Translations under genes and position numbers: made by a program
DNA from: Hypanus sabinus
Lineage: Eukaryota
Direction: 5' to 3'
Length of the DNA stretch: 64,000 nucleotides
Assembly: GCF_030144855.1 (NCBI RefSeq)
Contig: NC_082728.1
Span: 21,824,001-21,888,000 of the forward strand
The notes under the pieces: generated by a model
Databases searched by the model: none
Told to the model about the DNA's origin: nothing
The model's input: the letters and a program-made list of their open reading frames with translations, nothing else
In this document: piece after piece, positions 51,260 through 63,282 of the stretch
Layout: the number at the start of each line of letters is the position of its first letter
Numbering within the stretch: the stretch's first letter is position 1

Positions 51260-51640
51260 ACAGGAGCAGAATTAGGCCATTCAGCCCATTGAGTTTGCTC
51301 CGCCATTTGATTATGGCTGATTTATTTTCCCCTCACAACCCTATTCACTGGACTTTACCTTGTAATCTTTAATGCCCTTACTAATCAGCTTCTGCTTTAG
51401 ATATATCCAGTGACATAACTTCCACAGCCATCTACTGCAATGAATGTCACTGACTCACATAAATTCCTCCTCAATCCTTCAGTTCTGAGGCTATGCCCTC
51501 ATTTCCAAGACCCTTCCACTATTGGAAGCATCCTCTCCACGTCCACTGCATCTAGGCCTTTCACTATTTGGTAGGTTTCAATGAGATTCCCACTCATTCT
51601 TCTAAACTCCATAGGGTATTGGCCCAAAGCCTTCAAACCT
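51260..51640 (-). mobile_element. CR1 3' fragment
   Basis: GGAGCAGAATTAGGCCATTCAGCCCATTGAG tail; homologous to 7395-7860. Confidence 0.75.
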
Positions 51641-53365
51641 GATGTTTATTTCTGAGACTTTTTGTCACAAAAATCTAATTTTGTATTCAAATATAATGCC
51701 ACGCATGGCTACATGAACTACTGTAATTTTGTGCTTCATGTGAATATACTCTGTTCCACCTCAAGCCAAAGATATTGCAGATTGCCTGGGTTTACCACAG
51801 AGCTTCATATCTTAGCATGTTCAGATAGAAGGAAGTGGGGATTGATCACCACACTCAGCCATAAAAGCATGTCAACAGTATATAAACAAATCGTTTTCTT
51901 CCCCCTTTAACCACAGGCCTTGAATGCTTTCATTTATACTAATGGACATCTCTAGAGAATATCAGAAAGAATATTACAAATAGCAGTGGAGACAGCATAC
52001 ATCCCTGTCTAGTTTCCATGTCTATCTACACACAGGGTCCTATTCTACTTAATTGAATTACGTCTGAAACTAAATTTACATCAATTCAGAACTCACACAC
52101 TGCCCTTTTTTAAAGATATAGCTGGTGGGCAGTGCTAATATTACTGAGGAGCACAGATGCAGATCAGATCAATAAATCCAGTGTTTTATCTCAATCAGCT
52201 GAATAAATACAATGTTTCTTTCGTTACCCCTTTATTAATAGTGGTAACATACTTCCTAAAACTTGCTACAACATTCCATGAACTAAACTCAGCTGCAGTT
52301 CATAATGTCTTTATTTGAACAAGAAATAAATCCCCTAGCTAGAATTTCATAAGTCATAGATGCCCTGAAATGAAAACTCCTGTTCTCTCTCTCTACAAAC
52401 AACGTTCCCCAACTTTTCAAACTTCAAGTTGTTCTTTCCGCTTTCTCATTGAAGTGCCTTGGAATATTTCACGTTTGTTAAAGGTGTTAACAGAATGAAA
52501 ATTGTTGTTAACTGGGCCGTCCATTTATGTTAGGGGGGGAAAGGAAGATTTGTAATGCCTTTGTTTTCTCATTAGGATGGTTCTCAGAATCACACTCCTT
52601 TACCATCTTTCTGGCCACCTTTAGGCAGCAACTTTAGAGACAGAAACAGAGTTAAAATTTCAGACTGCCAATCTTTCTACTGGTCAAATTTTGCTCAATA
52701 ACGCCTCTGAAATATATGTAAGCATAGGTTACTGTGCTAGATGCACGAAGTAAAAGGTGTTTGCTTTGCTTCCTTGGTAGAAACCCACACAAAAGTTATG
52801 ATCGATACTTTAGAAGTATTTGCATTTATGTAAAGCAGAAATGGGAGTCCCCAACCTCGGAAGAATTTCAAAGTAGCATCCCTGGTCAAATCCTCCTTGG
52901 CTTTAGCTAAAGACAAGGATTCATTAAGACCTTGCACAGTAGTCAATTAGAATTACTTTTCTGGACATGCTGAACACAGTGTTAATATATGATAGAGTAA
53001 AATTATTCTTAAAGTAAAGCAAAATTTCTTACATTCATTTTATTACTGTTTTCGCCTTGCTCTGCAGAAGCTCTTTTAAAATATCTAGATTCTGATATCA
53101 GTAAGCAGTTGTAATTCATTTAGTCATAATTCATGAAACTGCTTAATCTTCAGCTGTTCTTATGAAAATTGTTTTTAAAATTTCAAAACAACAATTTAGC
53201 CAATATGATACAGAAAAAATGCACATCTCCATGTCATATCACCATATGCATATAATTAGATTAAAAAACAACGTGAAAAGCTGATTGACAGAGCCCTTCA
53301 TACTTCTGTCTCAGGTTTTCTTTTAGGCATTGTACTTATTAAAATCATGCTCACTCAATACAGTA

Positions 53366-53586
53366 TTTCTTTTTTATTTTATTTAGAGATACAGCACAGG
53401 AAGAGGCCTTTCCGGCCCAATGAGCCCAATGAGCCCATGTGACCAATTAACCTACTAACCCATCTGTATATCTTTGGAAACCCATTGGTTACAGGGAGAA
53501 TGTACAAGCTCCTTACAGCCAGCGGCAGGAATTGAACCTGAGTCTCTGGTGCTGTAGTAACGTTGTGCTAACCACTGCACTATCAT
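53366..53586 (-). mobile_element. V-SINE/HE1-like SINE, internally deleted
   Basis: TTTATTTTATTT tail, GGAATTGAACC (reverse B-box), GCTAACCACTGCACT (reverse A-box). Confidence 0.7.
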
Positions 53587-54326
53587 GTGCTAACTATATT
53601 ACTATACTAAAGATTAAGAGCCTCCAGAGTTCTGGTTTTAATTTTTCCTGTCAACAGAACCTTATCCAAAATCCTATGGATCTGCATAAAGAAAAATACC
53701 TGTCTGACTGGATTTGCTATTTAAAAGAACTGCAATTTTTCTTAAAACAACATTTCTGGAGTGGTGATCCAGTAAATGAGTAACATTCACTGTCATTAAA
53801 AAGAGATTTTAATCTTTAACTGATTTTTTAAATCTGTCACTTTGGATCCTTGGAGAAATTATGCTGTAGTTTATGTAAAATTTCTACTAAGTGAATTATG
53901 GTGACAAAAGAAAGTTTGATATTAACTTGTTCAATTATATTATCTGTTTTGTTGCAGAAAAAGAAAAAGAAGTTTCTCAAAAGAGTAAACAGAAAATAAA
54001 GAGTTATTACCATTTTTCAAATTAACAGTTAAATATATGTACAATAATTAGTTAATTCCTTATCAGTTCAGAGTAAAACCTCGCTTGTTATATTTCTCTT
54101 TTCCAGTACCTTTGCAATGATTTCATATGAATATGATATGAATATCCTTTAAAGATACATATGTCAGTCTTTCTATTTATTTTTATTTTATTTGCAGCAC
54201 AATTCTGATACTTAGAATGAAGTAAAACATAGAGGGAGCAAAAGTGAATTGAAAAAGAAATAAGATAGATGAGGGTTCATTAGAAAGTTTTAGAAAACAA
54301 ATTTATTAATACTAGTGTCTGTTATA

Positions 54327-54791
54327 CACTCAGTGACCACTTTGATACCTTGTGTATCTAATAAAGTGGCCAATATGTTTGTGGTATTCTGCTGCTGTAG
54401 CCCATCCGTTTCAAGGTTTGATGTGTTATGGATTCAGAGATGCTCTTCTGCACAGCACTATTGTAATGTGTGGTTATTTGAGCTGCTGTTAGCTTGAACC
54501 AGTCTGGCTATTCTTCTTAGACCTCTCCCATTAATAAGTCGAGTTCACCCACAGGACTGCCTCTCACTGGATATTTTTCACAATTTCATACTGTAAACTC
54601 TAGAGACTATAGTGCATGAAAATCCCAGGAAATCAGCAGTTCCTGAGATACTCAAACCACCCCATCTGGCACCATCAATCATTCCATGATCAAAGTCGCT
54701 TCGACCACATTTCTTCCCTATTAGGCTGTTTGGTCTGAATCCCTTGACTGTGTCTACAATCAGGTGTACCTAATAAAGTGGCCACAGTGTG
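54327..54791. mobile_element. Non-autonomous Tc1/mariner-type element
   Basis: TA flanks; TIRs CACTCAGTGACCACTTT / AAAGTGGCCACAGTGTG. Confidence 0.75.
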
Positions 54792-54810
54792 TAAAAACAT
54801 AAAAAGTATT

Positions 54811-55034
54811 TTAGGCAGCCATTAGTCTCGTGAGACCATGGATTTGCACCTTGGAAGGTTTCCAGGGCGCAGGCCTGGACAGGGTTGTATGGGAGACTGA
54901 CAGTTGCCCAAGCTGCAAGCCTTCCCCTCTCCACGCCACCGATGTTGTCCAAGGGAAGGGCACTAGGACCCAAGCAGCTTGGCACCGGTGCCGTCGCAGA
55001 GCAATGTGTTAAGTGCCTTGCTCAAGGACACAAC
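54811..55034 (-). mobile_element. CORE-like SINE, 5'-truncated, same body as 13796-14089
   Basis: CAGTTGCCCAAGCTGCAAGCC...GTCCAAGGGAAGGGCACTAGG...AAGTGCCTTGCTCAAGGACACAACA. Confidence 0.8.
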
Positions 55035-55454
55035 ATTTCATAGGATCTAACTGTACCATTGATGCTTTCTGAATATAGGAGTAATGGAAAATGACTGAAG
55101 GGCTGTTATGGATCTATTAATAATGCAAGAAAATAACCCTAATGAATTGTACATTTTTCAGCCCTCTGCTTTTGGGATAATCTGTAACAATTTTGGGGGG
55201 GAAATAATACCTTAATAAAAAACAGCCAATTTGTCAGATAGAATTTCTGTTTAATTAACTAGACTGGCCAGTTTGATGAACTCATGGAGAGAGTTATTCT
55301 TGATGTTGTCACTATAGAGTCACAAAAGACTTTTTATATAAAATTTAAGCATGTAATAACATATAAACATTAAAATGGCAATTGCAGCAGAGATGACATT
55401 TGCTTGGACTCAAGAGGGCACAGAATGGTGGTGGATGGAGGAACTTGAGATTGG

Positions 55455-56280
55455 AACTGAATAGACAGTCATCATTTTGGGCAGAGACCCTTCTGCAGGA
55501 CTGGAAAGAAAGGGGGAAGACGCCAGCTTGGAAAGAATGGATGTCTCTCAGGACAACGGTGAATGGCTTAAACATTGGTTACAAAGGCACAACAATTGGA
55601 GCAGTAATTTGAAGTAGGGAGAAAGTGACATACTTCCGAATGTGGCCTCCTCTACACTGGTCAGACCCAATAGAAATTGAGGGACCGCTTTGTTGAGCTT
55701 CTCTGCTCCATCTGCCAAAAGAAGAATTTCCCAGAGGCCAATCATTTTAATTCCTGTTCCCATTCCTGTTCCAAAATGTTGGTCCATGGCCTCCTCATTT
55801 GCCAATTGAGGCCACTCTCATGTTAAAGGACCAATATCTCACATTCTTTCTAGTTAGCCTCCAAACTGATGGCATGAACATCGATTTCTCCTTCAGCTAA
55901 TATTTTCCCTCCCCCTTCCTTCTTCTTCTGTTCCACAGTTCTTCTCCTGACCTGCCTATCACCCCCACCTGGTGCCCCTTGTTCTTCCCTTTCTCTTATG
56001 GTCCATTATTCTTTCCTATTGGATTCCTTCCTCTCCAGAACCCTATACCTTTCCCACCCACCTGGTTTTACCTGTCACCTTCTGGCTAGTCCTTCCTCCC
56101 CCCCCCCCCAATCATTTTTATTTTGGTGTCTTCCCTCTCTCTTTCCAGTCCTGCAGAAGGGTCTCTGCCTGAAATGTTGACTACTTTTTCATTTCCATAG
56201 ATGCTGCCTGACCTGCTGAGTTCCTCCAGCATTTGTGTGTGTTGCTCTGGATTTCCAACATCTGCAGAATATCTAGCATT
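55455..56280 (+). mobile_element. Penelope-like element 3' part with GIY-YIG endonuclease remnant and inverted 5' piece
   Basis: ~55640-55760 translates CGLLYTGQTQ*KLRDRFVE...PEANHFN (YIGET..L..RF.EH motif). Followed by a C/T tract, a hammerhead remnant (56146-56183) and the terminal module; inverted copy at 55455-55530. Confidence 0.85.
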
Positions 56281-56307
56281 TATGATATACTTCAAAACTT
56301 CATCCTC

Positions 56308-56640
56308 TAAGAGGTCACAACCTTGTTGTGGTTTGGAGGCTTGCATGCCTCAGTATCCCAGAGGGCTATGTTGAGTGGAGTCAGGGTTTCATGCTTTGGC
56401 TTTTGCTGGGTAGGGTCACCCATTCCAAAAGGGTCAAAAGGGCAGATTAAGACTGGTCCACTGGTCTTCCAGGTTTCGGGGTTCAGCTCAAGGCCAACAA
56501 CCCTGACTGGTAAAGCAAAACTATAACGGAAAAAGCAATGAAGAATCCTTCTACAAAATCTGAATGGACAAGGACACACAGAAGTAGGGGACCTTCATTG
56601 CTGCTCTAAATGCCAGCCGTGTAATAGGCATTGAGTAAGT
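56308..56640 (+). mobile_element. Bipartite RTE-derived non-autonomous element
   Basis: 5' part resembles RTE/BovB/Expander 5' UTR (ACCTTGTTGTGG...GGCTTGCATGCCTCA...GCTATG...GGTAGGGTCACCCA). 3' part is an RTE-like end ...GACCTTCATTGCTGCTCTAAATGCCAG...GAGTAAGT. Confidence 0.6.
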
Positions 56641-56659
56641 CAGGACTACATAGACTGAT

Positions 56660-57400
56660 GAATTGGATAGGTACATGTCAAACCAAGTTAAATGTTAATA
56701 TTAAGCAATGAGTTTTGGGAATCACAATAAAAAGAGTATTACATATAAAATGATACAACTTAATTGAGTGTAGAATAGCAAAAAATATTAAATACACTTA
56801 AGTTTCAAGAAGTTAGAAATATAGTTGAAAAAAACATTTGAAATCTTTGACATAGAGGAACTAAAGAGCTATGAAATCTACTCTATTCTTTCATCAATCA
56901 TCATTTATGTCTCCAATAGAATTCTGAGTCCACTTCTGGATGAGTAGCCAGAGTTAGAATAGTGTAATCAGCTTGAAGAATGTGCAGAGGTGATTTGCCA
57001 GGAGGATCTGGAGCTATCAATGATGTGGTGTGACTGGAGACATAGGAAAATTTAGTGGGAGCAAAAAGGATTAAAGTAAAAGTTACTGAAGGTATTTGTG
57101 ATTATGGATACTTATGAAAGAGGAAAGTAGGACAAGCCATTTAAGTGGGAGGAGTATTGATACTGAAATGTCAAAGGTCTAAGGTAATAGACAGAAGAAT
57201 GAGAGGGAGATGGCAATACCTTTAATATGCAGTGAGTTATGATCTGTAATCCATTGCATAAATAGTAAGTATAACAGATTCAATATTGTGTTGTGAAAAG
57301 GGGATTGAAACAAAAGGTGTGGCAAACAAACCATCCATATTAAAGGTCGGCATGTATTATAGTGGACAAAATTGTCTAATTTTCAGCTGTAAAATTCTAA
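56660..57400 (+). mobile_element. Highly degenerate CR1 remnant
   Basis: GAAGAATGTGCAGAGGTGATTTGCCAGG (VQRRFTR-like) and other colinear traces. Confidence 0.45.
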
Positions 57401-57639
57401 GACAATGCTCAAAGCTTAAGCCGCACATATAGAGTGCAAAATTTGTTTGGTGGATAATTTGGTGAACTGCAAAGAAAATAATATGCAAATTTAGTTGTTG
57501 TATTTGCTTGCTTTTATAATGCCTTCGTGCCATTCACAACTTTCCATTCAGTAAGTGTCAAGTAACCTATTTTTCTGGCTTTTCATAATGGCATTCTTTT
57601 ACTTCAATCTCAGATGTAAATGTGGGTGTGTGTGTGTGT

Positions 57640-57797
57640 AACAGATAGGCTGCAGATGCTGGAAATCTGGAACAAAACACATAATAAATGCTGGCGTGCT
57701 GATGAAGGGCCTCGGCCCGAAATACTGACCGTTCATTACCCTCCATAGATGCTGCCTGACCTGCTGAGTTACTCCAACAAATTTTGTGTGTGTCGTT
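57640..57797. mobile_element. Fold-back Penelope-derived unit with intact hammerhead core boxes
   Basis: Inverted arms; CTGATGA-A-GGGC-CTCG-GCCC-GAAA at 57699-57722. Confidence 0.8.
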
Positions 57798-60700
57798 CAG
57801 TCTGGGTGTATACCTAATCTCTCTGTTCATTACCGTGACCCCTCCCCTGCTTCCAAATCATCACCAATAAAATGTTGTAACTCGTTGAGAGGGGAGATGT
57901 TATATCAATTTTCTAGGCTGAACTTGAATCCAAATCACGGGAAGTAGTGTATGATAATATAATCCACATGACCAAATATAGTTTGAAGAACTGAACTTCT
58001 GTTTTTAATGGTGTAGATCAAATTTCATTTGCTCAATTTATAAATGTGTGTTATTCTCTAGAGACTACATAAGCATTAATTACAGTACAAATACGAATGG
58101 GAAAGTAGTAGAAGCAGCTTTCAAAGATGGATCTGCAACTGAGAATTTTGCTCTTTATTGGAACTAATGCTGGTTAGCTAGTTAATGCAAAAACTGTTGA
58201 ACTTAAAATTCAGTTAGTTTTGCTTGATCTCTTGATCTTTGAGGCTGTTTTTACTGCAATCATCAAGAAGGTTATTTGGATTAATTACCTTCATTTTCTT
58301 TGTTTTCTAGCTGGGAGTGGAACTTTTGGGGCATGGGGGCATGTTAAAGGAGCACCATTTGAAATATTAACATGTCAAAGCTTTTATTGAAGCATATTGT
58401 CATGTGTTTCAAAGATGATAAAATACATAAATTGCTGACACTATGAAGCATATCTGAAGATTCCTACAACCTACTCAAATGTTTATTAACTGAAACCTGC
58501 TCAAAGTGTTGATGGTGCTTGTGCTGACACATGTTTGTGGCAGAATCACTTGTATTGACAGTTTTATCATGATTAAATGTCACAATTTTATAACTCCCTT
58601 GAGTCATTTAAACCATTGACTTGTAGATGTTTTAAAATAAACTTAACATCATAATATTATTTTTGGAGTAATTCCCCATCTACTTTGTGTTCAATCTTAT
58701 GAAAAAATATTTAAAGAATCATCTTTTAGTGGTAGGATTAGTACATTGTCTATGCTTTCTAAATCATCTTTGTAGTCTGAATCCATTATCTTGTTTCCCT
58801 GGGGAATAAGGCTCTGCATTTTGTAATCAATATTCAAACTCCAGATAAAGTCCATAAGGAATCAAATATGTTTAGGCCTTGTTCTGTTCTGCTGCAAAGG
58901 AAAGTGAAGTCATAATTGTCTCCTACTAGAATAACGTCCAAATGGTTATGACAGATAGAAACTGGTGTTCATCTTAAATTGGTAATCTTTGTTGGATTGT
59001 TTACTTAGTTGGGGTATGAAAAATAATTTTAACAGAGAATTAATTATAAATCACTTAACATAATTTTATTTTAAATAAGTATTTGTCTAAAATAGTACAT
59101 ATCACTGTTGACATGGTAAATTAACGCCATATGCCCCTCGCTGCTAAGTTGCTGCGGCCATATTGTACCACGTGACAACATCTTTCCCAGACTTTGAAAC
59201 AAATACTGAGGATATCGATGCTGATAGTGAAGATGATAATACTTTGACCAGTCTTCAAAACAAAGAAAAGGACAATATAAGATCTATTACATAATTTTTA
59301 AATGAAATAAGACAGAAAAACAAAATAACTGATAGGCTGTTTAATACAAAGTCGATCTCGGATGCTTTACATGTTAATGTGCAAGGAAGACTTACAATGA
59401 AAATATAATCATATTTCCCAATGAACTCTAAATCACTTTTAGACCTGTGGTTCCGAAAAGGATGTGGAAAAAAAAACAGAAAAAGAACCTGGCCTTCTGA
59501 CAAAAAAAAGAGAAAATAACCAATATTTAAAGTAGATTAACTCCATGCATTTAAATTTCCATGGAAAATACCAACGGTATCAAACCGTGTGATGACCTCA
59601 TCAACCTAACATCAAAAATGTCCAACCACATATCTGACTCAGCTAAACTTCCATCATCTAACACTAGTCTTGGGTATCTGCCTCGATGCATTGGTTATCT
59701 GAGACGATTATCTGACTTGTGCAAGAAGATAATCACTGGGTGAATCGAAACTTTCAAATTAGCTTTACTTAAATAAACTGATTTTTTAAAAACCGTATCA
59801 AATTTAGCCCGTGATCGGATGAAGAAAGTTTTGTGTATTGACGAGTGTCTAACAGTTATTTATAAAGATCATTGGTGATGTCTTTCAGTTGTGCTGATTT
59901 GGAGCATTTTTCTACGTCGGTGTTCTATACAAATACAACATGTTAATACACAGTCAAAAGGAATCCTCAGTGAAGAACAAGGTTATAATTACAACTAACA
60001 AATTCAAAACGGAATTCAAAGAAGCGAGATGTTTGTTGAGATATTATTCTATAAATGTACAAAGTTGTGTCCTGTTCCGATACATTTCTGGAAAGTGAAC
60101 GCCCCACGACTGATTTTGAGTTGCTAAAGTTATCTGAGCTGCCGACCAATACAGGAATATTTGGCTCTGAATCACTAGTACCCTTATTTATCTGCAGAAA
60201 AGTATTTTGTATAGATATTCCTGCATGTGCTGAGGAGAACCTTAGAGAGACATTAATGAATGAATGGTATTTATTTCAAAAATAAACTCCAACAACTAGG
60301 CGTCTGTAGAGCACACAACGCGTTCGGCGGAACGATTTCACTATTGAACTGAATGGTGCGCTGAAGTCGGTGGGATTTTTCTAGGCTTGTTTCGCATCTG
60401 CTGCTTATTACTGAGCAGCTGCCCACGATCGAACAGACTCACTGTCGGGGCTTTCCACGCAGTGACCCCTCCAACCGCAACACCCTCACCGCACCTCGCG
60501 GCAACTCGCTCTCAGTTTCCTCACCAACACCCCCCACGCTTCCCTGTCACAGCGGGCCTCCTTTCTTCAGAATGCAACCGCGCACATCCCACGAGGGTCT
60601 CTAATTCCCCGCAAACTCAACATCAATCCGCAACATCCGTTCCTGGGCCACCTACTTTTGTGGGAAAACGATGTGACGTTTTTAAGACAGTGGGGTTCTT

Positions 60701-61401
60701 CGCCTAATCAACGAATTGTTAATTCACATTGAATTATTCCGCAACTCCAAATATATGGCTTTTCAAGTAAATAATGTAATATTACCTGGAAAAAAGACAG
60801 GTTTAAAACCAAAAACTAATGCAATAAAAATGAAGAACACGCATCACTGGCAGTTTTCAGTGAATAGATTTGGTCTAACGCTAAGATATAAAACAACGAA
60901 CGCTTCGGTACATTAGTTCTGGGGAAAACATCAAATTCGCCGGAGAGCCGTCTGTTTGCGTGAATAAAGAGGTTCCCTCGAGGAGTGTTTACAAGACAAA
61001 CGCAGTGTAGGTGCCATGGAATTGAGTTATTGCAGGAAGCAGCTTCACTGACAAATCCTTGTGGCCGTTGTGTAACTTTCTTGGTTAAACGGTACGGAGA
61101 TGTCGTTAAACCGCCGACAGAAAGCTTGATATTGGCATCGGTTTAAAATACATTTCTCAAACAAAAGTTGAAAATTCGATTAAAATACAGATCTCAGACA
61201 GAAGTTGAAAATTAAAGTGATGTTTAATAGACACACGTGGTGAGATTACAGTAAAGTAAACGACAACTTGTTTTGCTTATCAAACACCTTGGTATGCTCC
61301 CAACACAGTGCCCGCTGGAGAACTCTGTTCATTACTTTACTAATCAGTTCTGTGTTGATTCATACCTAATGCGGCGATTACCTTGGAATTTAAAAGCACG
61401 G

Positions 61402-61856
61402 NNNNNNNNNNNNNNNNNNNNNNNNNNNNNNNNNNNNNNNNNNNNNNNNNNNNNNNNNNNNNNNNNNNNNNNNNNNNNNNNNNNNNNNNNNNNNNNNNNN
61501 NNNNNNNNNNNNNNNNNNNNNNNNNNNNNNNNNNNNNNNNNNNNNNNNNNNNNNNNNNNNNNNNNNNNNNNNNNNNNNNNNNNNNNNNNNNNNNNNNNNN
61601 NNNNNNNNNNNNNNNNNNNNNNNNNNNNNNNNNNNNNNNNNNNNNNNNNNNNNNNNNNNNNNNNNNNNNNNNNNNNNNNNNNNNNNNNNNNNNNNNNNNN
61701 NNNNNNNNNNNNNNNNNNNNNNNNNNNNNNNNNNNNNNNNNNNNNNNNNNNNNNNNNNNNNNNNNNNNNNNNNNNNNNNNNNNNNNNNNNNNNNNNNNNN
61801 NNNNNNNNNNNNNNNNNNNNNNNNNNNNNNNNNNNNNNNNNNNNNNNNNNNNNNNN
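61402..61856. other. Assembly gap (455 N)
   Basis: Run of N. Confidence 1.
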
Positions 61857-63250
61857 GCATCCTCTTGGTGAGAAACCCAGCACTACTAAGAAACTGGAAC
61901 TAGCAAACACAAACCCCTAATCTCCTGGGTGAGAGCTAACCATGTAGATTACTATCACTGGCCAACATTCAGAGCTAGCATAACTAACTGCCGAACTTCA
62001 GAATAAGTCTTATCATAAAATCTTTTATATCAACTAATAAATGAATAATTTCGATTTAATGTGCGATTTTTAAAAACTTTCGTGTGTAGCTGAGTGCTGG
62101 TGGCAATTGTGGGAAAGAGGCGACAATTGGTGAACTTGACCTGTAAAACGCTGCAATCTGGAAATATTGATAAATTTAAAACAAGTTTCTAATCTCTTAA
62201 TAGAGGTAATTTGCTGGGGTTAATCCGGTATCCTTTGAAAATAACTTCTTCCATCTGCTCCCGTGACACTCTTGTTAGAATACCACCAAATATCAGCGAA
62301 CAATAGAGGATTTTTCGCATTAGCAGGGACTCTGGAATTGTATGTTGTTAGGGCATCGAGTGTTTCATCCAACGCTGACCGATGTTAAAGATCTACTCCA
62401 ATTGGTTGGCAGAACAGTTTTTTATTCCTGTAAGGATACAAACGTGTTCTATTTTGCGAATAAACATGGTATCTTATTAATGTCCTTCTGTGAGTACATG
62501 GTGGAGGAGAGAGAAAGTGACGGTTTGCTGGGGAAATGGACTGAAATGTAATCCATGACCAATTGATTGGGATCTACGGCCTCCGACCCGGCATTAAATA
62601 CCATCAGCTACTCACCCTAAGTCATTATACTCGGATCTGTATGAAATTAAGACCAAGTGGTCCCAGACGTTACTTTTAGAACTTAACCCACTTAAAAAGA
62701 AATCAAAGTAATGCGTTTTTCACGAACAAAAAGGAAATTCGAACCAATAATTTTCAATAATTTCCCTTGATCCAGACTGAGCTGAGCAGACTAAGCCACA
62801 ACGAAGCCATTCTACTGAGGTGGACTATTACAGTATCTCTTTGCGATGAGATTGCTAGATTTAAAGCTGGATGAAACTAATTAATAACTAATTATTTTTT
62901 CCCCCTGAAGAGTAAAAGTTGGAAAGTCTCAATCCAGTTTCTTTTCGGTATGAACAGGAAAAAAAATGAAAGCAACTTTTTATTTACCGAGTCCTATTGA
63001 GAGGGAAAACAAATATGGCTTGATATTCCCAGTGAAAGTAAAAACCGAACTGCATTCGCAATTCTTTATTGGTTTCATGTTTAGGGCGTGTTTATTCCAC
63101 CCACTGAATGAGTAAGGTTGTAGCACTTGGGGGGTGGGGGGAAACTCAAATTGAATGTTAATTGTAACACAATACAACTTTGTTTATTCTTTTTGTTTGG
63201 TCAAGCTTGAGGTCTCTATTTACAAAACTACATACTAAGCCACAACGAAG

Positions 63251-63282
63251 TGTGTGTATGTGTGTATGTGTGTGTATATATA
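63251..63282. repeat. (TG/TA)n microsatellite
   Basis: TGTGTGTATGTGTGTATGTGTGTGTATATATA. Confidence 0.8.

Noticed and set aside
58311-58390. Acceptor followed by GSGTFG (kinase Gly-loop-like)
   Set aside because: No following VAIK-like motif, a stop after 26 codons, and no other kinase exons.
59148-59294. Acidic reading frame (FETNTEDIDADSEDDN) suggesting a terminal exon or Harbinger C-terminus
   Set aside because: Short, weak acceptor, no upstream exons or transposase motifs.
60387-60707. 106-aa Pro/Thr-rich ORF in the CpG cluster
   Set aside because: Explained by C-rich composition; no recognisable homology or splice context.
61273-61920. Long ORFs spanning N runs (also 38192-38609)
   Set aside because: Artefacts of assembly gaps.
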